Assembly (NCBI GenBank): GCA_037444445.1
Contig: JBBIMK010000012.1
Span: 35,908 to 57,363 of the forward strand
Length of the DNA stretch: 21,456 bases
Source of the DNA: a bacterium
Lineage (GTDB): Bacteria; UBP7; UBA6624; JBBIMK01
Direction: 5' to 3'
A model generated the notes under the pieces. The model saw only the letters and a list, made by a program, of their open reading frames with translations. It was not told the origin of the DNA and did no database searches. Position 1 is the first letter of the stretch; each line of letters begins with the position of its first letter. The position numbers and the translations under genes are program-made. This document shows, one piece after another, positions 1 to 7,664 of this stretch.

Positions 1-1467
1 TCCAACACCAGCACCACACCCGTGATTAACGGAACCGCTGAAGCGGGCTCTACTGTCCGCCTCTACACCACCAATGATTGCACCGGCACGGAAGCCGGGA
101 CGGGGAATGCGGATGATACCGGCGCCTTCGGCATCGGCGTTACCGTTGCTCCCAACTCCACCACCACCTTTTACGGCACTGCCACCGATGCTGCCGGCAA
201 TACCTCCTCCTGCTCTTCTGGCATCACCTACACCCACGACAACATCCCGCCGGGTGCTCCCACCGGTCTCACTGCGGTGGGCGGGAACCAGAGTGTAGCA
301 CTGAACTGGGACGATGCCACCGACTCCGGGTCCGGTGTGGCAGGCTACAATGTGTATCGCTCCACCACCCCGGGCGGTCCATACACTCCAATCAATTCTT
401 CCCTCGTAACCACCTCCCAATATCTGGACACCGGCTTGACCAACGGTGTCACCTACTACTATGTGGTCACAGCAGTGGACAACGCCACCAACGAGAGCGG
501 ATATTCCAGTGAAGTTAGCGCCACTCCTGCTCCCCCGCCTGCTGTTCGCCTCTTTGCCAGCAGTGATAACAATAAACTCCTCGGCTGGGATAACCCTTAT
601 ACCATTAACGGCAATGTGCCACCGGACCAGGAGGTCTCCGGCCCTGATACCCAGTTAAATTCCCCTGATGGGATTCTCTACGATAATGTGAACGACCGCC
701 TCTTTGTGGCAAACTACGGGGGCGGAAGCGTCCTCCGCTTTGAAAACTTCTCCACCTTAAGCGGAAATGTGGCACCAGATGGCGTGCTCACTGGACCCAA
801 TACCACACTTTCCGGTCCCTCCCGGCTCTTCCTGGACCCCGTGAATAACTGGCTGTATGTTACCGATTGGGATAACGCCAGTGTGCTGGTTTTTGATAAC
901 GCCAGCACCATAAACGGGGATGTGGCTCCTATCCGTGTGATTTCAGGCACCAACACTGGCTTAGTGAATCCAGAAGGGATTGCGGTGGACCTCACCCGGA
1001 ATATCCTTTATGTGGCGGACTGGGAAGGGAATGCCGTCCGCGTATGGGATAATGCGGACTCCGTAGACGGAGATGTGCCTCCTGACCGAGTCATTGAAGG
1101 TGCGAACACTCTATTACAAAGTCCAGCAGATATTTTTCTGGAACCCGTCGCCGACCATCTCTATGTGGCAAATTTCTATTCTCCGGGTGTTAGCCCGGAA
1201 ATCACCATTTACTATTCCGCTTCCACAGCCAGCGGAGATATTTCCCCATCCCGCTGTATAGACACCAGCGTTTTTGCCTTCCCTATAGGGCTTTACCTGG
1301 ATGTTCCCCAGAATATGCTTTTTCTGGGCTCCAGCGGAGGAGGTGGAATACAGATTTTCCACAACGCCACAACCCGAAGCAACTGCGCTGGACCGGAGGA
1401 GGACCCTGACCGGCAAATCATCGGAGGCAGCACCAACCTGGCAAACGCCTGGGATGTTCAGATTTAG
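1..1467 (+). CDS. Secreted or cell-surface protein, 3' portion (5' end lies outside the window): Ig-like domain, fibronectin type III domain, then NHL/YVTN-type beta-propeller repeats
   Basis: The frame is open from nt 1 (SNTSTTPVINGTAEAGSTVRLYTT...), so the listed Met at 22 is not the true start. The FN3-like segment is about nt 247-528 (PPGAPTGLTAVGGNQSVALNWDDATDSGSGVAGYNVYRSTTPGGPYTPIN...GVTYYYVVTAVDNATNESGYSSEVSATP). After it come at least five repeats of a propeller-blade signature: LFVANYGGGSVLRFEN, LYVTDWDNASVLVFDN, LYVADWEGNAVRVWDN, LYVANFYSPG and LFLGSSGGGGIQIFHN. Each is followed by G(N/D)V(A/P)P(D/I)..(I/L)(S/T)GxNT. Stop is TAG at 1465-1467, followed by an intrinsic terminator. 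Confidence 0.75.
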   Translation, partial: SNTSTTPVINGTAEAGSTVRLYTTNDCTGTEAGTGNADDTGAFGIGVTVAPNSTTTFYGTATDAAGNTSSCSSGITYTHDNIPPGAPTGLTAVGGNQSVALNWDDATDSGSGVAGYNVYRSTTPGGPYTPINSSLVTTSQYLDTGLTNGVTYYYVVTAVDNATNESGYSSEVSATPAPPPAVRLFASSDNNKLLGWDNPYTINGNVPPDQEVSGPDTQLNSPDGILYDNVNDRLFVANYGGGSVLRFENFSTLSGNVAPDGVLTGPNTTLSGPSRLFLDPVNNWLYVTDWDNASVLVFDNASTINGDVAPIRVISGTNTGLVNPEGIAVDLTRNILYVADWEGNAVRVWDNADSVDGDVPPDRVIEGANTLLQSPADIFLEPVADHLYVANFYSPGVSPEITIYYSASTASGDISPSRCIDTSVFAFPIGLYLDVPQNMLFLGSSGGGGIQIFHNATTRSNCAGPEEDPDRQIIGGSTNLANAWDVQI

Positions 1468-1475
1468 TGTCACCA

Positions 1476-1491
1476 TTTGGTGCCTGACCCC
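1476..1491 (+). repeat. Copy 1 of the 16-nt motif TTTGGTGCCTGACCCC (identical to 10021-10036; inverted 15/16 copy at 10142-10157)
   Basis: Exact 16/16 identity seen by eye between 1476-1491 and 10021-10036. Here the 3' half of the motif forms the 5' arm of the terminator hairpin. Confidence 0.6.
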
Positions 1492-1508
1492 AGAGGGTCA
1501 CTTTTTTT
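1485..1508 (+). terminator. Rho-independent terminator of the beta-propeller gene; it overlaps the stop codon and last codons of convergent glmU
   Basis: Stem TGACCC (1485-1490), loop CAGA, stem GGGTCA (1495-1500), then C plus T7 (1502-1508). It begins 18 nt after the TAG stop. On the minus strand the same hairpin has no U-tract, so it acts in one direction only. Confidence 0.6.
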
Positions 1509-2787
1509 GGGCTTTTTTCCTCTTTCTCCCGGTGACCCAGCGAGAGATATGGCGCTCTCTCGCTCGGGAGATGGCTAAAGCGAAGGGGGGGACATTTCTG
1601 GTGAGGACGGAGCCGGCGGCGGTGTAGGCGCTTTTACCGATTTTGAGGGGCGCCACGAGGATGGAATCAGAGCCGATGAATGCGCCTTCTTCAATGGTGG
1701 TGGGATATTTCTGGAAGCCATCGTAGTTGCAGGTGATGGTGCCGGCGCCAATGTTCACCCCCTTCCCGATGGTAGCATCGCCCAGGTAAGCATGGTGAGA
1801 GGCTTTCGTTTCTGCGCCGATTCGGCTATTCTTCACTTCTACAAAATTTCCGATATGCGCCCCGGGCCCTATCACGGTTTGAGGGCGAATATGGGCGAAG
1901 GGTCCAATCACTGCACCCCGCTGGATTTTCGTGTTTCCCTCTATCACCACGAAGGGCTTGATGATTGCATCTGGCTGTATCTCCGCATCTATATCAATGA
2001 ATGTGGAGTCCGGGTCCTCCAGCGTGACTCCAGCCAGCATCCACTTTTCGTTCACCCTCTGCCGGAGGATGCGGATGGCGTGCCCGAAATCCCTGCGAGT
2101 ATTGATTCCCAGCACCTCTTCTTTGTTCAGGGTTTCAAACACGCCCACTTTCTTCCCTTTCTGTTTTAACATCGTGAGGACTTCCGGGAGGTAGGCTTCA
2201 CCGGTGATGGGGTGTCTGGGCACCTTCTGAAGGCACGGAAAGATTTCTGGCGCCGGGAATAGATACACTCCGCCGTTTACCCGCTTTTCCCTCTTTTGCT
2301 TTTGCGTCAGATGCGCCTCTTCCACAATCTGAAGGAACTCGCCCCGAGGGGAGAGAAGAACCCTGCCATATCCGGCAGGGTTTTCCACCTTCACCGCAAT
2401 GAAGGAGGCGGAGAGTTTCCGCACCATATAATCCTGAATGAAGGCTTTCAGCGTTTGAGGAGTGATGAGGGGCACATCGCCGTTGATGACCAGAAGAAGC
2501 CCGCGGAAGTTGTGTAGATGGGGCTGGGTCATCAGCACTGCCTCTGCCGTGCCCGTGACCTTCGGCTGATAGACTATCTCCACACCCGGGGCATCGGGTT
2601 CCAGCCATTTTTCCCAGCCCTTCTGAATGACGACGAGGATTCGGGATGCACCCGCTTCCTGCAATGCCCGGATGGGATAGACCACCATCTTCCTGCCGAG
2701 GAGGGGATGAAACACCTTGGGGAGAGGGGATTGGAACCGTTTTCCTACCCCCGCCGCCAGCACCACTCCTGCTACCAGCATATTCAT
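1498..2787 (-). CDS. glmU: Bifunctional UDP-N-acetylglucosamine pyrophosphorylase / glucosamine-1-phosphate N-acetyltransferase (GlmU)
   Basis: N-terminal nucleotidyltransferase signature VVLAAGVGKRFQSPLPKVFHPLLGRKMV. C-terminal left-handed beta-helix hexapeptide region GNFVEVKNSRIGAETKASHHAYLGDATIGKGVNIGAGTITCNYDGFQKYPTTIEEGAFIGSDSILVAPLKIG. The start is moved to ATG 2787 (MNMLVAGVV...) because a strong SD, GGAGGTGAAGG (reverse complement of 2791-2801), sits just upstream. The 39 codons upstream of it in the ORF track have no homology signature. A possible -10 TATAAT lies at 2821-2816. Confidence 0.9.
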   Translation of the reverse strand: MNMLVAGVVLAAGVGKRFQSPLPKVFHPLLGRKMVVYPIRALQEAGASRILVVIQKGWEKWLEPDAPGVEIVYQPKVTGTAEAVLMTQPHLHNFRGLLLVINGDVPLITPQTLKAFIQDYMVRKLSASFIAVKVENPAGYGRVLLSPRGEFLQIVEEAHLTQKQKREKRVNGGVYLFPAPEIFPCLQKVPRHPITGEAYLPEVLTMLKQKGKKVGVFETLNKEEVLGINTRRDFGHAIRILRQRVNEKWMLAGVTLEDPDSTFIDIDAEIQPDAIIKPFVVIEGNTKIQRGAVIGPFAHIRPQTVIGPGAHIGNFVEVKNSRIGAETKASHHAYLGDATIGKGVNIGAGTITCNYDGFQKYPTTIEEGAFIGSDSILVAPLKIGKSAYTAAGSVLTRNVPPFALAISRARERHISRWVTGRKRKKAQKK

Positions 2788-3137
2788 TTCCTTCACCTCC
2801 GCACTGCAATTGAGTATTATAAACCACCCGATAGAATAGATGCAGGGAAGGGCAACCTGCCCTCCCGCTAATTCATCGGGGAGCCGGTGGGGTTTCCCCT
2901 GCATTTGAAAGAAGAATAAAGATAGGATGATAGATTAGCGGGTGAAAAGGAAGTTAGACATCTGGGGTTCTGAAACCCGCGCTGGTGGCTATCGCATTTG
3001 CCGTATCGGTAAATCCGCTTACAGACGCATATACATAGCCCCGAAATCCCGCAACCACCAGCAGGAAAAACTCACTACCACCCCATTCCTCTATTCCATC
3101 TCAAAAACGGTCAAATCCCTTCCGTTGAAGCCCACCC

Positions 3138-6100
3138 TCACGGCGCAGTGGAGAATCGTATCCCATCCCAGCCGGATTCCTTGAACACAGGTAATTCCTC
3201 TCCACTGCCACCCTGCACAATCAGATTGAGGTCCAGATAAGTGGTGACCACTTTCCACTCATACAGGGTGGATGGGGACATCCCCAGACCTGCGGGTTTC
3301 TGGCTCGCCTGGCTCAGGTCCGGAAGGGTAAACTGCGTGGGAGTCCCCTGCAGGTGGATTCCCCAAACCTCCGCACCTGGCTCCGGACACCCCCCGCTCG
3401 GTCCCGCCAGCACACAACGGATTGTAAGTTCCACCATCACAATTTCCGGGTCATTCGGGTCTTCCAGATTCCACTGGAAGGGAACGGTCAGCGGAACCCC
3501 TGTGGCTTCATTTTGTGGGTTCACGGGATTTGCCAGAGGAAGGAAGCGCACATCCCCCACCGGGTCAGCCGCCGGCTTGTTATACATTACCCACACCCCC
3601 CGCGTGAGGTCACTCCCTCCTCCATCCCCTCGAAACTGCTCAACGAAAACGAACTGGAATATATGCTGATATCGGTCACCCGTCTGGTATGGAGCGCCTG
3701 AAGGTAAGCGAATGGAGAAATTCCCGGGCACATTCTGCGGATTCTGTCCCCCTGCATTCCAACCGAATACTGGCAACTGCCCCCCTTCCGGTGAAGGATT
3801 CAGACCGGAAGAAACACCTGCCTGGTGGAATTGTGTAAAGCTGGGCGGGAAGGTGTAGTTTCCGTTTTCGTCCCGCGTGCAGTTGTAGTCAAGGGAGATG
3901 TTCTGACCGGTGAGATTGTCTCCCTTGCGAATGCTCATATTTCTCAGGAGCCCGACTCGGACGCAACGGGAACCTTCCGTAAAGACGGGGTCAACAGCCA
4001 TAGCCCCCAGGGCGAGGGGCACCGCAGTACCATCATCGGGTAGAGAAGTGAACTGGAGAGAGTATGCAGGGTCTAAGGGAAGGGCGAACACGGTGTCTGA
4101 GGTTGGAGCCACAGGCAGAGTAGCACCAACCCCTCCAGAGTCACCACTCTGACCGCTCACCGAACCGGAGACAGAAGCGGTGCCCGAACCTTCACCAGGG
4201 CAGGGCGTCCTGGGAACATCATCTATGGTCATTGTGACATCTCTCAGGCTGTTGTCGGTAATCCGTGCGGTATCCAGTCTGTCCTGGGTGTTCGCATCTC
4301 CATCGTCATAACCCCAGGTCACGGTGTATGGGACGGGCACATTGGAGAACTGGACCGTTCCCCCCGATGAGCTGAATTGTTCTTCGGTTCTCGGCTCGGT
4401 GAGATAAGCCCACACCCCGGGCAGAGGATTCCCGCAACGGTCACGGAAACGCATAATCAGGTCCTGTGCCCCCGCCTGCAGGATATTGATGAGAAAATCC
4501 TTCTCATCGCTTCGCTGGGGGGAGCTGGAGTCCACCACGCGGACACGGAAATTCGCCTGCCCGGTCGCCGTCGGCGTCCCGCTCAATTTATACCGGTCCC
4601 CCTCCTGCGTAAAGGTCAGCCATCCATCACCCGTCCCGCTCACCTTGCTCCAGGTATACGGCTTGAGCCCACCGGTAGCGTCAATGTAGGCGGTGTATGC
4701 CTGCCCCACAAAAGCATCCGGAAGCGGTGAGGGGGTCACAATCCCCAGCGTTAGGAACCGTGCGGTTACCTCCACCTCCCGCCACATAAACACTACACAC
4801 TGGGAACCCTGAACAGAGTCGCATCCAAACCAGCCGGAAAACTCCCACCCCTGCTCCGGTGTGGGAGTGAGCACGACTGTGGGTGCCTCCGATGGGTTGT
4901 ATCCATAGGTGCAGGGCTGTTCGTCCGCCGTGCAATCATCATTCGGCGGGTTGACATTCACCGTGCCCCGACCTTCAATCCTCACGGTGAGACCCACCTG
5001 GAAGAGCGCACCTGCCCATTTGTCCGTATCCATCACAAGTTCACAGGTGGGATTGTTCCCCGCAGAAGCACAATCCTGGCTCCAGCCCAGAAAGCTCCTC
5101 CCCTGGTCTGGAACTGCATCCAGTCTCACCGTCCTGCCTTCAGGGAATTCCTCTTGACAGTCCGGCACTTCCCCAGCACGGCAGTCAATTCCAGGAGGGG
5201 TGCTCACCACCCTGCCGGAACCAGAAACGAAAACATGCATAATGTGCGTTAATTCGATCAAATCCTCCGTCTCCCCGAAGTCAAATTCCCCGAAATCGCT
5301 GGGTGTGGAAAGTTGCCTCTCGGTCACCATCGCCCTCAGCCAGGTGTTCTGAGGCCAGGTGATGTTCTGGGGAAATCCGGGCAATTCATCCGAAGAAGCG
5401 CTTTTTCTCTGCGGGATGTTGACCGGATAATTCTGAACCACCCACTCACCCGGATCATCCCAATCCCCGTCATTATTCTGGTCTATGAACACATTCAGGT
5501 AGAAGGTGCCGGGCCAGTTCCAGTTGGACACCCGGATTTTTAGCGGGTCCCTCTGCAAAACGCCGTCGTCATACCTGTCCCGGTTCACCTGCTCCGAATC
5601 AGTTTCGCAATCCACCCATCTGCCCAGCCAGAAACGCGGGGGATTCAGGTCCCGGTGCCGGGGGCCGTTGGAGGCAAGCAGGGAGCGATATGGACCGTCA
5701 GGGGCATCTCCGAATTCCCACTGGCATGCCGGCGGAGGATAGTCCACATTCCACCACGAAAGATGGTTCACCGGAAATTGTGCATAGATATCCCCCTGGT
5801 AGGTCCCGTTCAAAATGGCATCCTGCTGGCTTTCATCAATCACATTTCCGCCAGAATCCGTCAAAACACCGTTATTCCCCTGGGATTCCCACGCCCCCTG
5901 CTGTTCATTGAAGAAGTAGATGGGAATCTGGATGCCATTGTTCTGGTTGGGCTGCTGGTCAAACAGATAGGGCCACTGGACGGGGGCGATTTTGATGCGG
6001 GCGGTGGCAGGCGGGTCTATCGGCCCTATCGCATTCCCCTGCGAATCCTGCGCCGCAACCCAGATGAACAGATTGGAGAGAATGGGGCCATTTTGCTCTC

Positions 6101-7337
6101 CGAACTCACCCGGGAAGGCTTCCGGATTGTTTTCCGGGTCATACGAGCGTGCCCACATATTCGCCACATTTCCCGGAAGATTGTGGAACTGAACGGAGTT
6201 GTCGGGATTCTGGCAGGTTCCGCCCCCGCAGGTCAACTGCGCTCCCGACGGGTTGGGAAGAATCACATCCGGCATCGTCAACTGGCCGGACGACAGCGGT
6301 TCTGCGCTCCGCTTGAAACTGGCGACTATGGGGGGCACATCCTTCTGTGCCCGGACAATGACCACCTGGGCAGTCTGGGGACTGATTCCCACTGCATACC
6401 GCCCATCCGTTCCCGTCTGAGTGGATTTCTGAACACTTCCATCCTCCGTCCGCACCAGGATATCCGCATCTCCGGCCGGGCTACCCGTATCCCAGTTCAC
6501 CTGCCCGGAAACGATGAGGGATTCCAGCGTGAAGGTGGCGGTGCAGGTCTTATCCACATCCATTGTCACGGTGGTCTGCAGGTCTGTGCCCGAGCAATCC
6601 CCGCCCCATCCATCAAACCGGGAAGTCGGGTCCGGGTTCGCCGTCAGCGTCACCTGACTCCCCACATCAAAACTGGCAGAACAGGTTTGTCCACAATCAA
6701 TGCCTTGTGGGGTGCTTGTCACGGTCCCCGTGCCCGTTCCCTGCTTGTTAACCGTCAGCGTGAACACCTGCACAAAGGTCGCCGTCACATTCTTCGCTCC
6801 CGTGATGTTCAGCGTGCACTGAGTTCCATTAACTGAATCGCAGCCCTGCCAGGAGTCAAACCGATACCCCTGGTTTGCCTGGGCGGTCAGGGTCACAGTG
6901 GAACCCTGGGCAAAATTCGCCTGGCAGGCATTATCCGGGCAATCAATCCCCGGTGGATTGCTCGTCACCTTTCCCGCCCCAGACGGCTGAATGCTCACCG
7001 AAACCGGATGGGTAATCTGAGTGAAGTTCGCCGTCACATTCTTGTTCGCATTCATCGTCACCGTGCACTGGTTGCCATTGACCGAATCACACCCTGCCCA
7101 ACTGGAAAACTGCCATCCCTGGGCAGGATTCGCCGTCAGCGTCACCTGCGTGTTTTGAGCATAGGATTCACTGCAATCCCCCGGACAGGTAATCCCCACG
7201 GGGTTGCTCGTCACACTCCCCTGCCCCGAGACACTCACATTCAGCGTGAACCTCGGCGCTCCTCCTCCACCCCCGCAGGAAATCACCGACCACATCGCAA
7301 AAACTAAAAATAAAATCCTCCATCGCATCTGCATCAC
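3138..7337 (-). CDS. Very large (about 1396-1399 aa) multidomain surface lipoprotein: lipobox signal peptide, 3 InlB-B-repeat-like modules, CarboxypepD_reg-like domain, unassigned region, GEVED-like domain, 2 more B-repeat-like modules, He_PIG-type Ig domain, and about 450 aa of unassigned C-terminus
   Basis: Signal peptide with lipobox: M(MQM)RWRILFLVFAMWSVIS-C-GGGGG. Repeated modules of about 80 aa of the form G.G.VTS.P.GI.C...C...F..G..VTLTA.P..G..F..W.G.C.......C.V.M...K.VTA.F. SGQVNWDTGSPAGDADILVRTEDGS...TGTDGRYAV resembles the carboxypeptidase regulatory-like fold. WEFGDAPDG...GPRH...DDGV...DFGETEDLIEL (nt about 5250-5740) resembles the GEVED domain. PLPDAFVGQAYTAYIDATGGLKPYTWSKVSG...YKLSGTPTATGQANFRVRVVDS (nt about 4483-4754) resembles the putative Ig (He_PIG) domain. 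Start is ambiguous between GTG 7337, ATG 7334 and ATG 7328; the last has the best spacing from AGGGG. Confidence 0.85.
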   Translation of the reverse strand: MMQMRWRILFLVFAMWSVISCGGGGGAPRFTLNVSVSGQGSVTSNPVGITCPGDCSESYAQNTQVTLTANPAQGWQFSSWAGCDSVNGNQCTVTMNANKNVTANFTQITHPVSVSIQPSGAGKVTSNPPGIDCPDNACQANFAQGSTVTLTAQANQGYRFDSWQGCDSVNGTQCTLNITGAKNVTATFVQVFTLTVNKQGTGTGTVTSTPQGIDCGQTCSASFDVGSQVTLTANPDPTSRFDGWGGDCSGTDLQTTVTMDVDKTCTATFTLESLIVSGQVNWDTGSPAGDADILVRTEDGSVQKSTQTGTDGRYAVGISPQTAQVVIVRAQKDVPPIVASFKRSAEPLSSGQLTMPDVILPNPSGAQLTCGGGTCQNPDNSVQFHNLPGNVANMWARSYDPENNPEAFPGEFGEQNGPILSNLFIWVAAQDSQGNAIGPIDPPATARIKIAPVQWPYLFDQQPNQNNGIQIPIYFFNEQQGAWESQGNNGVLTDSGGNVIDESQQDAILNGTYQGDIYAQFPVNHLSWWNVDYPPPACQWEFGDAPDGPYRSLLASNGPRHRDLNPPRFWLGRWVDCETDSEQVNRDRYDDGVLQRDPLKIRVSNWNWPGTFYLNVFIDQNNDGDWDDPGEWVVQNYPVNIPQRKSASSDELPGFPQNITWPQNTWLRAMVTERQLSTPSDFGEFDFGETEDLIELTHIMHVFVSGSGRVVSTPPGIDCRAGEVPDCQEEFPEGRTVRLDAVPDQGRSFLGWSQDCASAGNNPTCELVMDTDKWAGALFQVGLTVRIEGRGTVNVNPPNDDCTADEQPCTYGYNPSEAPTVVLTPTPEQGWEFSGWFGCDSVQGSQCVVFMWREVEVTARFLTLGIVTPSPLPDAFVGQAYTAYIDATGGLKPYTWSKVSGTGDGWLTFTQEGDRYKLSGTPTATGQANFRVRVVDSSSPQRSDEKDFLINILQAGAQDLIMRFRDRCGNPLPGVWAYLTEPRTEEQFSSSGGTVQFSNVPVPYTVTWGYDDGDANTQDRLDTARITDNSLRDVTMTIDDVPRTPCPGEGSGTASVSGSVSGQSGDSGGVGATLPVAPTSDTVFALPLDPAYSLQFTSLPDDGTAVPLALGAMAVDPVFTEGSRCVRVGLLRNMSIRKGDNLTGQNISLDYNCTRDENGNYTFPPSFTQFHQAGVSSGLNPSPEGGQLPVFGWNAGGQNPQNVPGNFSIRLPSGAPYQTGDRYQHIFQFVFVEQFRGDGGGSDLTRGVWVMYNKPAADPVGDVRFLPLANPVNPQNEATGVPLTVPFQWNLEDPNDPEIVMVELTIRCVLAGPSGGCPEPGAEVWGIHLQGTPTQFTLPDLSQASQKPAGLGMSPSTLYEWKVVTTYLDLNLIVQGGSGEELPVFKESGWDGIRFSTAP
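4755..5239 (-). repeat. Two further tandem B-repeat-like modules downstream of the GEVED-like domain
   Basis: MHVFVSGSGRVVSTPPGIDCRAGEVPDCQEEFPEGRTVRLDAVPDQGRSFLGWSQDC...CELVMDTDKWAGALF and VGLTVRIEGRGTVNVNPPNDDC...CTYGY...VVLTPTPEQGWEFSGWFGCDSVQGSQCVVFMWREVEVTARF. Confidence 0.6.
6528..7250 (-). repeat. Three tandem B-repeat-like coding modules of about 80 aa (aa 30-270 of the lipoprotein)
   Basis: aa 30-105, 110-188 and 192-270 align with conserved Cys, Trp and Gly positions (VTSNP.GI.C ... F.SW.GCDSVNG.QCT ... NVTA.F). Similarity is also visible at the DNA level, for example 7021-7150 against 6781-6900. Confidence 0.65.
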
Positions 7338-7353
7338 CCCTGATTATTATTCT

Positions 7354-7381
7354 ATTCTATAGGATACCCCCGCATTGTCAA
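7354..7381 (-). promoter_or_regulatory. Sigma70-type promoter of the large lipoprotein gene
   Basis: Minus strand reads TTGACA (7381-7376), a 16-nt spacer, then TAGAAT (7359-7354). It ends about 17-26 nt upstream of the candidate start codons. Confidence 0.45.
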
Positions 7382-7664
7382 CCCTGAGATGTCCCGACCT
7401 TTTCCAGAAACCTCCGCGAGGGCTGGCGTTGCCATCAGAACCGAAATCACCACCATTCCTCCTCTTGCTATTTTCATTTTACCACACACCCCTACCTTTT
7501 TTGCAAGCCCTTCCAACTGAAGAGCATAAATTATATTACCACCACCCACCCGTGTTCTGTCAAGTACTTTAAATTGTCGGGTAAATCCGCTTTTCAACAG
7601 GTGGGACGATAACATCGGGAACCCATACACCCTTTTTTCTTAATTCCCTCTTTCCTCTTCTTCA

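Noticed and set aside
2788-2904. 39-codon N-terminal extension of glmU in the ORF track (start 2904), and the alternative-frame 209-aa ORF 2198-2827
   Set aside because: The GlmU homology begins at MNMLVAGVVLAAG, and a strong GGAGGTG SD sits immediately before ATG 2787. The extension would bury that SD and a TATAAT box. The alternative-frame ORF is Gly/Arg/Ser/Pro junk.
2981-3062. tRNA-like 8-bp acceptor-type stem enclosing 66 nt
   Set aside because: There is no U8, no D-arm complementarity, no GTTCRANYC T-loop next to the 3' strand, and the length does not fit. It is not a tRNA on either strand.
5655-6836. 393-aa ORF on the plus strand, plus several 60-120-aa ORFs, antisense to the large lipoprotein gene
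   Set aside because: It lies entirely inside a gene whose sense frame has clear domain repeats. The product is an Arg/Pro/Gly/His-rich low-complexity translation typical of the antisense frame of GC-rich coding DNA. No SD.
7352-7563. Possible 41-aa secreted peptide (MKIARGGMVVISVLMATPALA/EVSGKGRDISGLTMRGYPIE, 7477-7352), with an AGGGGTG SD-like element and an upstream TTGACA-19-TAATAT
   Set aside because: The promoter spacing (19 nt) is poor. The ORF's 3' third is occupied by the much better promoter of the lipoprotein gene. A signal-like N-terminus in a 41-aa ORF is weak evidence. It is worth a look only if ribosome profiling or conservation supports it.
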